A stretch of DNA of 64,000 nt from Opitutaceae bacterium. GTDB lineage: Bacteria; Verrucomicrobiota; Verrucomicrobiia; Opitutales; Opitutaceae. Shown in pieces: positions 1-9,579 of this stretch. The notes under the pieces were generated by a model, which was not told the origin of the DNA, ran no database searches, and saw nothing but the letters and a program-made list of their open reading frames with translations. The stretch spans positions 454 through 64,453 of the forward strand of contig JAEUHB010000102.1 of the NCBI GenBank assembly GCA_016794665.1, in the 5' to 3' direction. The position numbers and the translations under genes are program-made. Position 1 is the stretch's first letter; every line of letters begins with the position of its first letter.

Positions 1-1404
1 CCGATTGGCACGCCGCTCGAACGCACCGCGGAGGTGGTTGCGCAGATTGATGAAGCCGTGCGCGCGCAACCGGAGGTGGAGCGCACGGCGCTCACCGTGG
101 GCGCCGAGGAGGGCGCAAGCACCGCGATCTCGGCGGGCGAGCACACGGCGCGGCTCAGCGTGAGACTGAAAACCGGCCTGCCGCCGCAGGCCGAGCCCCG
201 TCTCATCGACCGCGTCCGCGAACGGTTCCGCGATCTCCCCGCGGCCAAGATCGAGGTCTCGTATTCCACGCTCTTCAGCTTTCGCAGCCCCGTGGAGATT
301 GAAATCCGCGGCCATGATCTGGTCCTGCTCAAGCGCCTGAGCCGCGAGGCGGAGGCGCTGCTCGCCGAGACGGTGCCGGGCCTCGTCGATGTGCGCTCGA
401 CGCTCCAGAGCGGGCATCCGGAAATCCAGGTCGTCTACAAGCGCGACCGCCTCGCGGAATACGGCCTCAACCTCCGCACCGTCGCCGACCTCGTGCGCAA
501 CAAAGTCCAGGGGCGAATCGCGACGGAGTTCCGCAAGGAGGACCAGATGATCGACATCGTCGTGCGCCTGCAGGAACAGGATCGCCTCGGCATCGAGGAG
601 CTCCGCAACCTGATCGTGAATCCCGGCGGCCCGGTCCCGATCCCGCTCGCCGTCGTGGCTGACCTCACGATCAACGAGGGCCCGAGCGAAATCCGCCGCG
701 TCGACCAGCAGCGCACCGCGCTCATCACGGCGAACCTCCGCGATGCCGACCTCGCGACGGTCTCGCGCGACATCGTGACCGCGCTCGACGGCCTCGAGTT
801 TCCCGCGGGCTTCACCTATGTCGTGGCGGGGCAGAACAAGGAGATGCAGACCTCGCTCAACAGCCTGCTGCTCGCCTTCGCCCTCGCGCTCTTCCTCGTC
901 TACATCGTCATGGCGAGCCAGTTCGAGTCGCTGCTCCAGCCGTTGCTCATCATGGCCACCGTGCCGCTCGCGCTCGTGGGCGTGATCCTTGTCCTGTGGC
1001 TCGGCGGGATTCCAGTGAGCATCATGGTCTTCCTCGGCCTCATCATCCTCGCCGGCATCGTGGTGAACAACGCGATCGTGCTCATCGACTACATCAACAC
1101 GCTGCGCGACCGCGGCCTGCCGCTGGAGGAGGCGATCAGCGAGGCCGGCCGCGCGCGCCTCCGGCCGATCTTGATGACGACACTCACCACGGTGCTCGGC
1201 CTCGTGCCGATGGCGCTCGGTCTCGGCGAAGGCGCCGAGATCCGCGCCCCGATGGCGATTACCGTGGTCGTGGGCCTGAGCGCCTCGACGCTGCTCACGC
1301 TCGTGGTGATTCCCACGCTCTATTATCTCTTCCCGGGCAAGCGAGGCCCGACGGCCGTCGAGGCCGGGACGCCGGCGGGCGAACCCGTCGCGTTGCCGAA
1401 ATAA
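1..1404 (+). CDS. RND-family (AcrB/CzcA-like) efflux permease, C-terminal part; 5' end outside window
   Basis: Frame 1 is open from base 1; the listed ORF 34..1404 only begins at the first in-window Met. It has a hydrophobic C-terminal TM cluster plus the RND-typical stretch VVNNAIVLIDYINTLRDRG...ARLRPILMTTLTTVLGLVPMAL. It is a clear paralogue of the next gene. Confidence 0.85.
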   Translation, partial: PIGTPLERTAEVVAQIDEAVRAQPEVERTALTVGAEEGASTAISAGEHTARLSVRLKTGLPPQAEPRLIDRVRERFRDLPAAKIEVSYSTLFSFRSPVEIEIRGHDLVLLKRLSREAEALLAETVPGLVDVRSTLQSGHPEIQVVYKRDRLAEYGLNLRTVADLVRNKVQGRIATEFRKEDQMIDIVVRLQEQDRLGIEELRNLIVNPGGPVPIPLAVVADLTINEGPSEIRRVDQQRTALITANLRDADLATVSRDIVTALDGLEFPAGFTYVVAGQNKEMQTSLNSLLLAFALALFLVYIVMASQFESLLQPLLIMATVPLALVGVILVLWLGGIPVSIMVFLGLIILAGIVVNNAIVLIDYINTLRDRGLPLEEAISEAGRARLRPILMTTLTTVLGLVPMALGLGEGAEIRAPMAITVVVGLSASTLLTLVVIPTLYYLFPGKRGPTAVEAGTPAGEPVALPK

Positions 1405-1405
1405 T

Positions 1406-4400
1406 ATGAGCGCGACCGCCGAACTTCCGCCGTCCGCGCCGCGCGAGCCCGCAGCCTACCGCATCCCGCGCTTCGCGGTTTCGCGGCCCGTGACCGTCGC
1501 GATGATTTTCGCGACAATCCTGGTGGTGGGCTTCATCGCGCTCGACCGCATCCCGCTCGCGCTTTTCCCCGAGGGCTACGAAGGCAACCAGCTGAGCATC
1601 CTCACGCGCTATCCCAACGCCTCGCCCCGCGACGTGGAGGAAAAGGTGACGCGCAAGATCGAGGACATCATCGGCACGGTGCCGCACGTGAAGCGGCTCA
1701 CCAGCTACTCCTACAACGGCTACAGCAGCGTGCGCGTCGAGTTCCAGACCGGCACCAACCTGCGCGCCGCCTACGCCATGCTCACCGACCGCATGGACCG
1801 CGTGAAGCCGCTCCTGCCCGACGAGATCGACCGGATTGACGTGCGGCGCTACGATCAGAACGACATGCCGATGATGAACCTCGTCGCCTCGATCCCGCCG
1901 GGGGTGGACGACGCGGCGTTCCGGCTCGAGCACTACATGAAGCCGGTGCTGCAGCGCATCGAGGGGGTGGGCAACGTCGAGATCTGGGGCACGCAGTCGC
2001 GCGAGGTGCAGGTCGAGCTGCTCGACGACCGCCTCCGCAGCCACCGTATCGACGTGGGCGCGATGCTCACGCTGCTGCGCAACCAGAACTTCGCCATCTC
2101 CGGCGGCTGGGTGATGGACGGTGGCCGAAAGATCTACGTGCGCTCGATGGGGCGCTTCCAGACGGTCGAGGACATCGGCGCCATCATCATCGACAACGAG
2201 CGCCGGCTGCGCCTGTCCGACGTGGCGCTCGTGCGCCTGCGGCCGCCGCGCCGCGAGTGGGTCTACCGGGTGGATCGCCAGCCTGCGATTGGGATACAAG
2301 TCACACGCGACTCCACCGGGAACATCGAGCGGATCAGCCGGGAGGTCCGCACGGCGATCGCGGAGCTGCCCAAGGTGCCGGCCCTCGCGGGCATGCAGTT
2401 CAACGTGTTCTTCGACCAAGGCACGCAGGTGAAGCAGTCGATCGACAACCTGTCGGACTCGGGCATCTGGGGCGGCATCTTTGCGGCGCTGATCATCTAC
2501 TTGTTCCTGCGCGCGCCGCGGATGACGGGTATCCTCACGCTTTCAATCCCGCTCTCGCTGCTCTGCACGATCGTCGTGCTGTTTTTCTGCGGCTGGTCGC
2601 TGAACATGGCGACGATGATGGGCCTGCTGCTCGCGATCGGCATGGTCGTGGACAACTCGATCGTGATCGTGGAGAACATCTACCGGCTGCGGCAGGAGGG
2701 CATGGAGGCGACCCAGGCGTCGATCGTGGGCGCGGGCGAGGTGGGGCTGGCGGTGGTGATGTCGACGTTCACTTCCATCGTGGTGTTTCTGCCGCTGATT
2801 TTGATGCAAGGCGGGGGTGACTTCTCCTTCTGGATGCTGCGGCTCGGGCTGCCGGTGATTGTGTCGCTGCTGGCCTCTCTCTTCATCGCGCTGATTTTCG
2901 TGCCGCTGGCGGCGCAGCGACTCTCGCGGGGCAAGCAGCACCCGGAGCTGCGCTCGATCGTCTGGCTGCGCGAGCGCTACGCCGGCGCCCTGCGGTGGGT
3001 GCTGACGCACCGCATCGAGTCGCTCGTCGTGGTCGTCGCGCTGATGTGGACGCTGCCCTACGCGCAGTCCCGGCTGCGGATGCCCACGGGCGGATTTGGC
3101 GGCAGTGGCGAGACGACGATGTGGTTCTACTTCGAGCTGCCCTCGGGCGGCACGCTGGAGCGGGCCGAGGCGTTTTTCCTCGAAGTGGAGTCGTTCCTCG
3201 CGGCGAACGCCACCCGCTACAATTTTGACCGCGTCGAGACCCGCTTCACCTACAACAACGGCCGCATCCAGATCCGGCTGCGCGACAACACGAGCACCCA
3301 ATGGTATGTGAGCGCGTGGGACTCGCTCGTGCGCACGGACCCCGCGCGACGGCTGCAAGGGCTTTTCGGGTTCCAGCCGAAGCCCGGCCCGATGGACCGC
3401 AACGACATCGAGGCGGACTTCCGGGAGAAGTTCAAGTTGCCCGCCGGCATCGTGCACCGCGGGCGCGCCACGGGCGGCGGCGGTGTGCAGGACGCCGGCA
3501 TGTCGCTCAACCTTTACGGCGAGGACACCGGCACGCTGCTCCAGATCGCGGAGGAAGCGATTCAGCGCCTGCGCGGCATCCCCGGCTTGATCGCGGTGGA
3601 CATCGACACGGAGCGCGGCGGGCAGGAACTGCAAGTTCAGCTCGACCGCGACCGCGCGCGCCGGCTCGGCGTCGATCCACGCGCAGTCTCGAGCGGCATC
3701 GGTTACACCATGCGCGGGCAGGAAGTCGGCCGTTTCCCCGGTGCGGACGGGCGCGAGCTGCGCATCTTTGCCCAGCTCGGCGAGGCTGACCGTGCCGGGC
3801 TCGACGACGTGCGGAGCATGACCTTCCGCACGGACACCGGCATCGAGGTGCCGTTGGAGACGGTCGCGGACCTGCGCGTAGCGCGCACGCTCGGCTCGAT
3901 CCGGCGCGAAGGGCGGCAGACGATGCTCCAGATCACGGCGAAGGCGCCGCGCGCGGATTCGCGCCGCCTGTTCGAGGCGGTGGACAAGGCGATGGCGGAC
4001 TTTGAGATGCCCCGCGGCTACCGCTGGGACAAAGGCCGGGAGTTCCGCGACATCTCGGAGCAGGAAAAGGCCATGCGCTTCGCCGGCGCGCTCGCGATCG
4101 TGTTCGTGTTTTTGCTGATGGGGCTGCTCTTCGAGTCGTTCGTGCTGCCGCTGGCCGTGATCATCGCGGTGCCGTTCGCCTACCTCGGCGTGGTGTGGAC
4201 GCTGCACCTCACGGAGACGCCGCTCGACATGATGGCGCGCATCGGCCTCGTGATTCTGGTCGGCGTGGTCGTGAACAACGCGATCGTGCTCGTCGACATG
4301 GCGAACCGCCTGCGCGCCGAGGGCAAGGCGCGCTTCGAGGCGCTCGTGGAGGCGGGCCGCGCACGCTTCCGCCCGATCCTGATGACGACGCTCACGACGG

Positions 4401-4651
4401 TCTGCGGCCTGATCCCGATGGCGCTCGGCACCTCCAAGGTGGTGGGCATGTCCTATGCGCCGCTCGGCCGCACGATGATCGGCGGGCTGCTCGCGTCGAC
4501 GCTGCTGACGCTCGTGATCGTGCCGCTGCTCTACGCGCTGCTGGACGACCTGCGGGAATTCACCGGTCGCGTGTGGGCGTCGATTTTTGCGAAGGGCGAG
4601 ACAACGGGCGGGGCGGCCGCGGGGGTTGGGCGCGCGGCGCGGATGGATTAG
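1406..4651 (+). CDS. RND-family efflux permease, full length (1081 aa)
   Basis: N-terminal TM, then two large hydrophilic loops alternating with TM clusters. Conserved VVDNSIVIVENIYR and VVNNAIVLVDMANRLRAEG...RFRPILMTTLTTVCGLIPMAL. The ATG is separated by a single base from the stop of the upstream RND gene. Confidence 0.9.
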   Translation: MSATAELPPSAPREPAAYRIPRFAVSRPVTVAMIFATILVVGFIALDRIPLALFPEGYEGNQLSILTRYPNASPRDVEEKVTRKIEDIIGTVPHVKRLTSYSYNGYSSVRVEFQTGTNLRAAYAMLTDRMDRVKPLLPDEIDRIDVRRYDQNDMPMMNLVASIPPGVDDAAFRLEHYMKPVLQRIEGVGNVEIWGTQSREVQVELLDDRLRSHRIDVGAMLTLLRNQNFAISGGWVMDGGRKIYVRSMGRFQTVEDIGAIIIDNERRLRLSDVALVRLRPPRREWVYRVDRQPAIGIQVTRDSTGNIERISREVRTAIAELPKVPALAGMQFNVFFDQGTQVKQSIDNLSDSGIWGGIFAALIIYLFLRAPRMTGILTLSIPLSLLCTIVVLFFCGWSLNMATMMGLLLAIGMVVDNSIVIVENIYRLRQEGMEATQASIVGAGEVGLAVVMSTFTSIVVFLPLILMQGGGDFSFWMLRLGLPVIVSLLASLFIALIFVPLAAQRLSRGKQHPELRSIVWLRERYAGALRWVLTHRIESLVVVVALMWTLPYAQSRLRMPTGGFGGSGETTMWFYFELPSGGTLERAEAFFLEVESFLAANATRYNFDRVETRFTYNNGRIQIRLRDNTSTQWYVSAWDSLVRTDPARRLQGLFGFQPKPGPMDRNDIEADFREKFKLPAGIVHRGRATGGGGVQDAGMSLNLYGEDTGTLLQIAEEAIQRLRGIPGLIAVDIDTERGGQELQVQLDRDRARRLGVDPRAVSSGIGYTMRGQEVGRFPGADGRELRIFAQLGEADRAGLDDVRSMTFRTDTGIEVPLETVADLRVARTLGSIRREGRQTMLQITAKAPRADSRRLFEAVDKAMADFEMPRGYRWDKGREFRDISEQEKAMRFAGALAIVFVFLLMGLLFESFVLPLAVIIAVPFAYLGVVWTLHLTETPLDMMARIGLVILVGVVVNNAIVLVDMANRLRAEGKARFEALVEAGRARFRPILMTTLTTVCGLIPMALGTSKVVGMSYAPLGRTMIGGLLASTLLTLVIVPLLYALLDDLREFTGRVWASIFAKGETTGGAAAGVGRAARMD

Positions 4652-4661
4652 GCTCCGCCGC

Positions 4662-6233
4662 TCACGGTGCGACGAGCATGGGCGCCCAGAGGCCGGCGGC
4701 GACCTCGGGCACCTGGCCGGAGGGTGGGAGCGTGGATTTCACGGCGGCTTGGATCTGCGCGGATAGTTTTTCCACCGTCGCGGCGTGAGCGGGCAGCGCA
4801 GCCAGGTTCGTGAGCTCGCGCGGGTCGTTCTGGTGGTCGTAGAGTTCGCGGCCCGCTTTGCCGCCGTCCCATTCGGTGTAGCGCCAGCGATCGGTGCGGA
4901 GGCTGTAGCCGGCGAAGCGGCCGGCGGGCGGTGTGACCGCGGTCGCGGGGGCGGCGGCCTTGTTTTTGCCTTTGCCCTTCGGTGCGCCCAGCGCGGCGGC
5001 GGGGCCGCGCATCACCTGCGTGAGCGCCCAGCCCCGGCCGATGGCGGCGGGGTTTTTCAAAATCGGCACGAGGCTCTGGCCCTGGAGATTCGCCGGCGGC
5101 GTGACGCCTGCGAGCTCGGCGAGCGTGGGAAAAAGATCGAGGTGGCTCACGGGGGTGCGGGCGACGGCGTTTTTCGCGGCGACGCCGGGGGCGGCGATGA
5201 GCAGCGGGACGCGCGCGCTCTCCTCGAACAAGCTCTGCTTCTGCCAGAGCCCGTGCTCGCCGGTGTGGTAGCCGTGGTCGCTGGTGAAGACGATGATGGT
5301 CTTGTCCGTGAGGCCGTGACGATCGAGGGCGTCGAGCACCACGCCGACCTGCGTGTCCATGAAGCTGATGCTCGCGTAGTAGGCCTGGAGCGCCTCGCGG
5401 CGCTGATCGTCGGTCATGTTGTCCTGCTCGCGCTTGTAGCTGGCGAGGCCGGCGGGCGGGATGTCGGCCTGGTCTTCCTTGATGCCAGGGACGATGCGCA
5501 TCTTTTCGCGCGGGTAGTAGCCGAAGTAGGGATCCTTGGGCGCGACGTAGGGCGTGTGCGGCCGGAAGAAGCCGACGGCGAGGAAGAAAGGCCGGTGGCC
5601 CGGACGCGCGCAGCGCTCGAGCACCCACGCGGCGTCGGCGGCGTTCATCGCGTCGGTGTGATGCGCATCGCTCTTGGCCGAGGCGTGCCAGCTGAGCGTG
5701 CCGCCGAACTGGCCGGGAGTGAGGGTCGTGATTTTCGGGTGCTCCTCGGTGCGGTCGACGCCGGCGGGGTTGAGCTCGAGTTCCCACGACGCGGGATCGT
5801 CGTGGCCATCGGTGCCGATGGAATTCGGGACGTTGAAATGATAAAGTTTGCCAATGCGGCCGGCGAACCAGCCCTGCTGGCGGAAGGCCTGCGACAGGCT
5901 GATTTGCGCGGGAATCGATTGGCGGAAGATCTGGGAGTTGGTGAGGATGCCGGTGCTGTTGGGATAGAGGCCGGTGAGCATCGAGTTCCGGCTCGGGCCG
6001 CAGAGGGGGAACGTGCAATACGCGCGGTCGAAGCGGACGCCACGGGCGGCGAGCCGGTCGATGTTGGGAGTGCGCGCGAGCGGATCGCCGTAGGCGCCGA
6101 GCATGACGTTCAGGTCGTCGGCGATGAGGAAAAGCACGTTCTTCGCCGGGGCGGCGGAGGCGGTGGAGGCGCCGAGCGAGGCGACGACGGCGAGAGCGAA
6201 GCAGACGAGGAAACCGGGATTGGGGATTTTCAT
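4662..6233 (-). CDS. Cys-type sulfatase (iduronate-2-sulfatase-like), exported
   Basis: Signal peptide MKIPNPGFLVCFALAVVASLGASTASA. Motifs LFLIADDL and the formylglycine motif PLCGPSRNSMLTG (C-x-P-S-R). C-terminal RWRYTEW...ELYDHQNDPRELTNLA is typical of this sulfatase group. Confidence 0.9.
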   Translation of the reverse strand: MKIPNPGFLVCFALAVVASLGASTASAAPAKNVLFLIADDLNVMLGAYGDPLARTPNIDRLAARGVRFDRAYCTFPLCGPSRNSMLTGLYPNSTGILTNSQIFRQSIPAQISLSQAFRQQGWFAGRIGKLYHFNVPNSIGTDGHDDPASWELELNPAGVDRTEEHPKITTLTPGQFGGTLSWHASAKSDAHHTDAMNAADAAWVLERCARPGHRPFFLAVGFFRPHTPYVAPKDPYFGYYPREKMRIVPGIKEDQADIPPAGLASYKREQDNMTDDQRREALQAYYASISFMDTQVGVVLDALDRHGLTDKTIIVFTSDHGYHTGEHGLWQKQSLFEESARVPLLIAAPGVAAKNAVARTPVSHLDLFPTLAELAGVTPPANLQGQSLVPILKNPAAIGRGWALTQVMRGPAAALGAPKGKGKNKAAAPATAVTPPAGRFAGYSLRTDRWRYTEWDGGKAGRELYDHQNDPRELTNLAALPAHAATVEKLSAQIQAAVKSTLPPSGQVPEVAAGLWAPMLVAP

Positions 6234-6556
6234 GCGCGAGGGATTGGGCGGGGAAGCGCCAATCAGCCGCCGAAGCTTTGGGCGGTCGAGACGAAATCCG
6301 CGCGGGCGAGGTCCGCGTCGTCACCAAGGCTCGATCATGCGCAGCGTGTGCAAATCGGTCGTGAGATCGGGGCGTGGGTTGGGCACGAGGAAATCATGGG
6401 CGGCGCGCCAAGGCCGTGGCGGCGGCGAACCTGCGAGCGCGGGGAGCTGGGCGCGAAAGCGGAGCGGCGGCTCCGCGCGGTGCGGATGGGGGAGGGTGAG
6501 GACGGTGGGCGTTTTCATGGTGAGTGAGCGCCCGCTCGCAGTGTCTCCGGTGAGGC

Positions 6557-6590
6557 AAAAAAAAGCCCCTCCGGTTGGCACCGGAGGGGC
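6557..6590 (-). terminator. Rho-independent terminator (minus strand)
   Basis: Perfect 10-bp GC stem gcccctccgg (6565-6574) / ccggaggggc (6581-6590) with a 6-nt loop. It is followed on the minus strand by 8 U (A-run 6557-6564 on the plus strand). Confidence 0.8.
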
Positions 6591-6607
6591 AAAGTCGGTT
6601 TCGACGT

Positions 6608-6718
6608 TTACGTTCCTCTCGGTGCGCCGGTAACGGCGGAAATAACGGACACGACGGCCGCTACGACCACGAAAAGGTGGGCGAGGCGCGAGGAAAGCGT
6701 CGTGATGGCGAGGTTCAT
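6608..6718 (-). CDS. possible 36-aa small hydrophobic protein (below the ORF-track cutoff)
   Basis: My own translation gives MNLAITTLSSRLAHLFVVVAAVVSVISAVTGAPRGT. It has one TM-like segment and G/C at about three quarters of third codon positions. It lies 58 nt downstream of the ThuA-like stop and 17 nt upstream of the strong terminator at 6557..6590. No recognisable family. Confidence 0.3.
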   Translation of the reverse strand: MNLAITTLSSRLAHLFVVVAAVVSVISAVTGAPRGT

Positions 6719-6776
6719 TTGTCGGCGTGGAACAAGTCGGCTCAACCTGCGCGAGTCAAGGCGCGGTTTGCGAGCT

Positions 6777-7670
6777 TCACTTTTTCTTCACGTCGGCCGA
6801 CTTGGCCTTTGGCAGCGGCTTGGGGTCGAGGTTGGCCGCGAGATCGGCGGGCGTGACGGTCGAGTGAAAGCCGCTGGCGGGCACCTCCAGCTTTGCAATC
6901 CAGAGCAGGGCATTGAGGACGAGGCGGCGGAAATCCTCCTGCGCCCAGTTGCTGTGGTAGTGGCCGCCAGTGGTGCCGAAGCCGCGGCCGCCGCCGGCGC
7001 GTTCGTAGGCCCAGGCTACGGTTTGAGGCTCACCTCGGGCGACCGCAGCGCGGGCAGCAGGGTTGCCGGAGTGGTGGCCGTCGGGCCGGCTCATCGTGGA
7101 GGCATCGGGCACGGCGCTGAGAATCGGAGTGAGACCGCGACGAGCTTCGGGGAAGCGCAGATGGAAATACCACTCGTCGCGAAGCGTGAACGGCTTCACG
7201 CCGCGCGTGATGGGGTGGGCGGGCAGGGTATTGAAATTTGCGTCCCAGTGCGGGTTCACCGACCAGTGAATCTCGAAGGCGGCGCCGACCCAGCGGAGGA
7301 ACTCTTTTTGCCCTTTCTCGAGCGTGGGCTCGGTGGCGTAGTGCAACAGGCCGAGGCCCGTCCCTCGCGCGAGCACCCGGTCTAGCTGGGCGAGACGATC
7401 CTCTTGCAGCGCCGGGTGCTTTGCGCCGCCGTCACTGTAAATGACAATAGCCGTGGCCGAGGCGAGGGCGGACTCGGTGGGCCAGACGTTGTTGAACACC
7501 TCGGTCTTGAGGCCCGCGGTGCCCGCGAGGCATTTCTCAAGGAGGCGCACGCCGGCGTGGTGTTCGTGGTGGCCGGGACCGTGGCTGGGCGCCCCGGCGA
7601 TGAGGAGGATCTTTTTGTCGGCGGCGAACAGCATGACGCCGCTGAGCAGGAGTAGGGCGGGGTAGCGCAT
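6777..7670 (-). CDS. ThuA-like (trehalose-utilisation A family) exported protein
   Basis: Trimmed to Met at 7670, giving signal peptide [20 protein letters not shown]. Family-like stretches ILLIAG...[37 protein letters not shown] and LVLNALLW. Confidence 0.75.
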   Translation of the reverse strand: MRYPALLLLSGVMLFAADKKILLIAGAPSHGPGHHEHHAGVRLLEKCLAGTAGLKTEVFNNVWPTESALASATAIVIYSDGGAKHPALQEDRLAQLDRVLARGTGLGLLHYATEPTLEKGQKEFLRWVGAAFEIHWSVNPHWDANFNTLPAHPITRGVKPFTLRDEWYFHLRFPEARRGLTPILSAVPDASTMSRPDGHHSGNPAARAAVARGEPQTVAWAYERAGGGRGFGTTGGHYHSNWAQEDFRRLVLNALLWIAKLEVPASGFHSTVTPADLAANLDPKPLPKAKSADVKKK

Positions 7671-7795
7671 GGAAGGGTAGCGCCCGGGATGTCCGCGCCA
7701 AAGGTGCCCGTTGGCAACCGCGAATCGTCGCCGCTGACAATGCGTTTGACTCGCCCGCACCGGAGGAGGAGACGACGCGCGCCCCTTCGTTACCC

Positions 7796-8914
7796 ATGAC
7801 TTCCGCCGCCCGGTCAGTCTCCCGCCGCCAATTCCTCACGCGCTCCGCCGCCGGTGCCGCGGCTGCAGCCGGTCTCGGCGCCGCACCTCTCCGCGGCGCG
7901 CCCGCGGCCGGCAGGCCGATCCTGATGCACGCCGGGCACCAGCATGATCACTCGGAGGTGACGCTGCGGGCGCTCGCGGCTTTTGGCGTGAAGAACATCT
8001 GCAGCGGGAAAATCGGAAATGCGTTTCACGAGGGCTGGAGCGTCGACGGGCTCACGCGCCTGCGGAAGCACGTCGAGTCATTTGGCATCAAGCTCGACTG
8101 CGTGACCCTCCCGCTCAGCTCGAGCTACATCACGAACTCCGAGCACCCCGAGATCCTGCTCGCCAGGAACCCGGAGCGGGACCGCACGCTCGAGGCCTTT
8201 CGCCAGATTATCCGCAATTGCGGGAAAGCAGGCATCCCGATGGCGAAATACAACCTCACCTTCATCGGCGTCGTCCGCACGGAGCGCACGATCGGGCGGG
8301 GCGGAGCGAGCCTGAGCACGTTCGAGTTCTCCAAGTCGAAACAAGAGCCCCCGCTCACCGAGGCCGGCCGCATCACCGACGAAATCTACTGGGATCGCAT
8401 CGACTATTTCCTGAAAAAACTCGTGCCCGTCGCGGAGGAGGCGAAGGTGAAGATTGCCTGCCACCCGCAGGACCCGGCGATGCCGCCGGGGACCGGTTGG
8501 CGTGGCGTCAACACCGTGCTGGGCACGCCGGCGGGCCTGAGAAAATTCGTCGAGATGCAGGCCAGCGCGTATCACGGCCTGAATTTTTGCCAAGGCACGG
8601 TCTCCGAGATGCTCGAGAAACCGGGTGTGCAAATCTACGACGTGATCCGCGACCTCGGGGGGCGCGGGAAGATTTTCAATGTCCACTTCCGCAACATCCG
8701 CGGCGGTTATCTGAACTTCGCCGAGACCATGCCGGACGACGGCGATGTCGACATGCTCCGCGCCCTCCGCACCTACCGCGAGGTGGGCTACGCCGGTATG
8801 ATCATGCCCGACCACGTGCCGCAAATCGTCGGGGATCCGCTCGGGCAGAAGGCGTTCGCGTTCTGCTTTGGCTACATCCAGGCGCTGCTGCAGGTGCTGC
8901 GGGCGGAGACCTAG
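7796..8914 (+). CDS. mannonate dehydratase (UxuA) family protein with twin-arginine signal
   Basis: N-terminus [23 protein letters not shown] is a Tat-type signal. [44 protein letters not shown] and MIMPDHVP align by eye with E. coli UxuA blocks ([41 protein letters not shown]). Confidence 0.75.
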   Translation: MTSAARSVSRRQFLTRSAAGAAAAAGLGAAPLRGAPAAGRPILMHAGHQHDHSEVTLRALAAFGVKNICSGKIGNAFHEGWSVDGLTRLRKHVESFGIKLDCVTLPLSSSYITNSEHPEILLARNPERDRTLEAFRQIIRNCGKAGIPMAKYNLTFIGVVRTERTIGRGGASLSTFEFSKSKQEPPLTEAGRITDEIYWDRIDYFLKKLVPVAEEAKVKIACHPQDPAMPPGTGWRGVNTVLGTPAGLRKFVEMQASAYHGLNFCQGTVSEMLEKPGVQIYDVIRDLGGRGKIFNVHFRNIRGGYLNFAETMPDDGDVDMLRALRTYREVGYAGMIMPDHVPQIVGDPLGQKAFAFCFGYIQALLQVLRAET

Positions 8915-9014
8915 GCCAACTTCACCGGGGACTGTCCGAGTGAGGGGCGGTTGCTCACGATTGGACGCTCGCGGCAAAATTCCCCGGTTCTAGAAAAACA
9001 TCCCCCCTATCCCC

Positions 9015-9428
9015 ATGAACCTCACTCGCAAATTCACCGCGGCGGTCGCCGCGTTTGCCCTCACTGCGGCGGTCGCCGTGGCCGCCAGCGCCTCGGTCGC
9101 CGGCACTTGGAAATGGACCCAGCAAGGCCGCCAAGGCGGCCAGGGCACCGAACGCTCGCTCATGCTAAAGGTTGATGGCGGAAAGGTCACGGGCACCCTC
9201 AAGGGCTTCTCGATGGGCCAGTTTGAGGTCCCTGACACCGCGATCGGCGACGCGAAATTTGCTGACGGCAAGTTGAGTTTCACCGTCACGACCGAGTTCA
9301 ATGGCAACAAGCGCGTCTCGAAATACGAGGCGAAGATCGACGGCGACAAACTAACCGGCACGATCGAATCGCCGGGCCGCGACGGTGCGGCGCAGAAGCG
9401 CGACTGGGTCGCGACGCGCGCGAAATAG
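9015..9428 (+). CDS. small exported 'GTWKW' beta-rich (lipocalin-like by pattern) protein, copy 1
   Basis: Signal peptide ending AVAASASVA, then GTWKW...LMLKVDGGKVTGTLKG...GDAKFADGKLSFTVTTEFNGNKRVSKYEAKIDGDKLTGTIE. A strong terminator follows immediately. Paralogous to 11015..11413 and to the N-terminal domain of 52741..53949. Confidence 0.75.
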   Translation: MNLTRKFTAAVAAFALTAAVAVAASASVAGTWKWTQQGRQGGQGTERSLMLKVDGGKVTGTLKGFSMGQFEVPDTAIGDAKFADGKLSFTVTTEFNGNKRVSKYEAKIDGDKLTGTIESPGRDGAAQKRDWVATRAK

Positions 9429-9454
9429 CGCGACGCGTCATTTCCTTCGCGACC

Positions 9455-9483
9455 CGCCCCGGTATCCCCGGGGCGTTTTTTTT
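9455..9483 (+). terminator. Rho-independent terminator (plus strand)
   Basis: Stem cgccccgg (9455-9462) / ccggggcg (9468-9475), followed by 8 T (9476-9483). It lies 27 nt after the stop of the 9015..9428 gene. Confidence 0.85.
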
Positions 9484-9579
9484 GGGCCCCGCGCGGCCAA
9501 ACTGTCTGGCACGGATTGCCGTTGCGGGCGGTCGGCGGGAAGGCGTGAGTTGGCGGCGCCGGGCAGGCTCCCAGCACCC

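Noticed and set aside
2543-4207. Long antisense or alternative-frame ORFs overlapping real genes. Examples are 1295..2419(-), 2543..4207(-), 4648..6327(-), 4785..6527(+), 19819..21573(-), 25910..27739(+), 27546..30494(+), 45464..47194(+) and 53632..56427(-).
   Set aside because: Their translations are Arg/Ala/Gly/Pro/His-rich with no motifs, which is typical of stop-codon-poor off-frames in high-GC DNA. In every case the opposite strand or frame encodes a protein with clear family signatures.
6321-6518. A 65-aa ORF (MKTPTVLTLPHPHRAEPPLRF...RMIEPW) lies between the terminator at 6557..6590 and the sulfatase gene.
   Set aside because: Third-position GC is coding-like, but the protein is Pro/Arg-rich with no motif. 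Only about 38 nt separate it from the upstream terminator, leaving little room for a promoter. It may simply be the sulfatase 5' leader, so I am not confident enough to list it as a gene.
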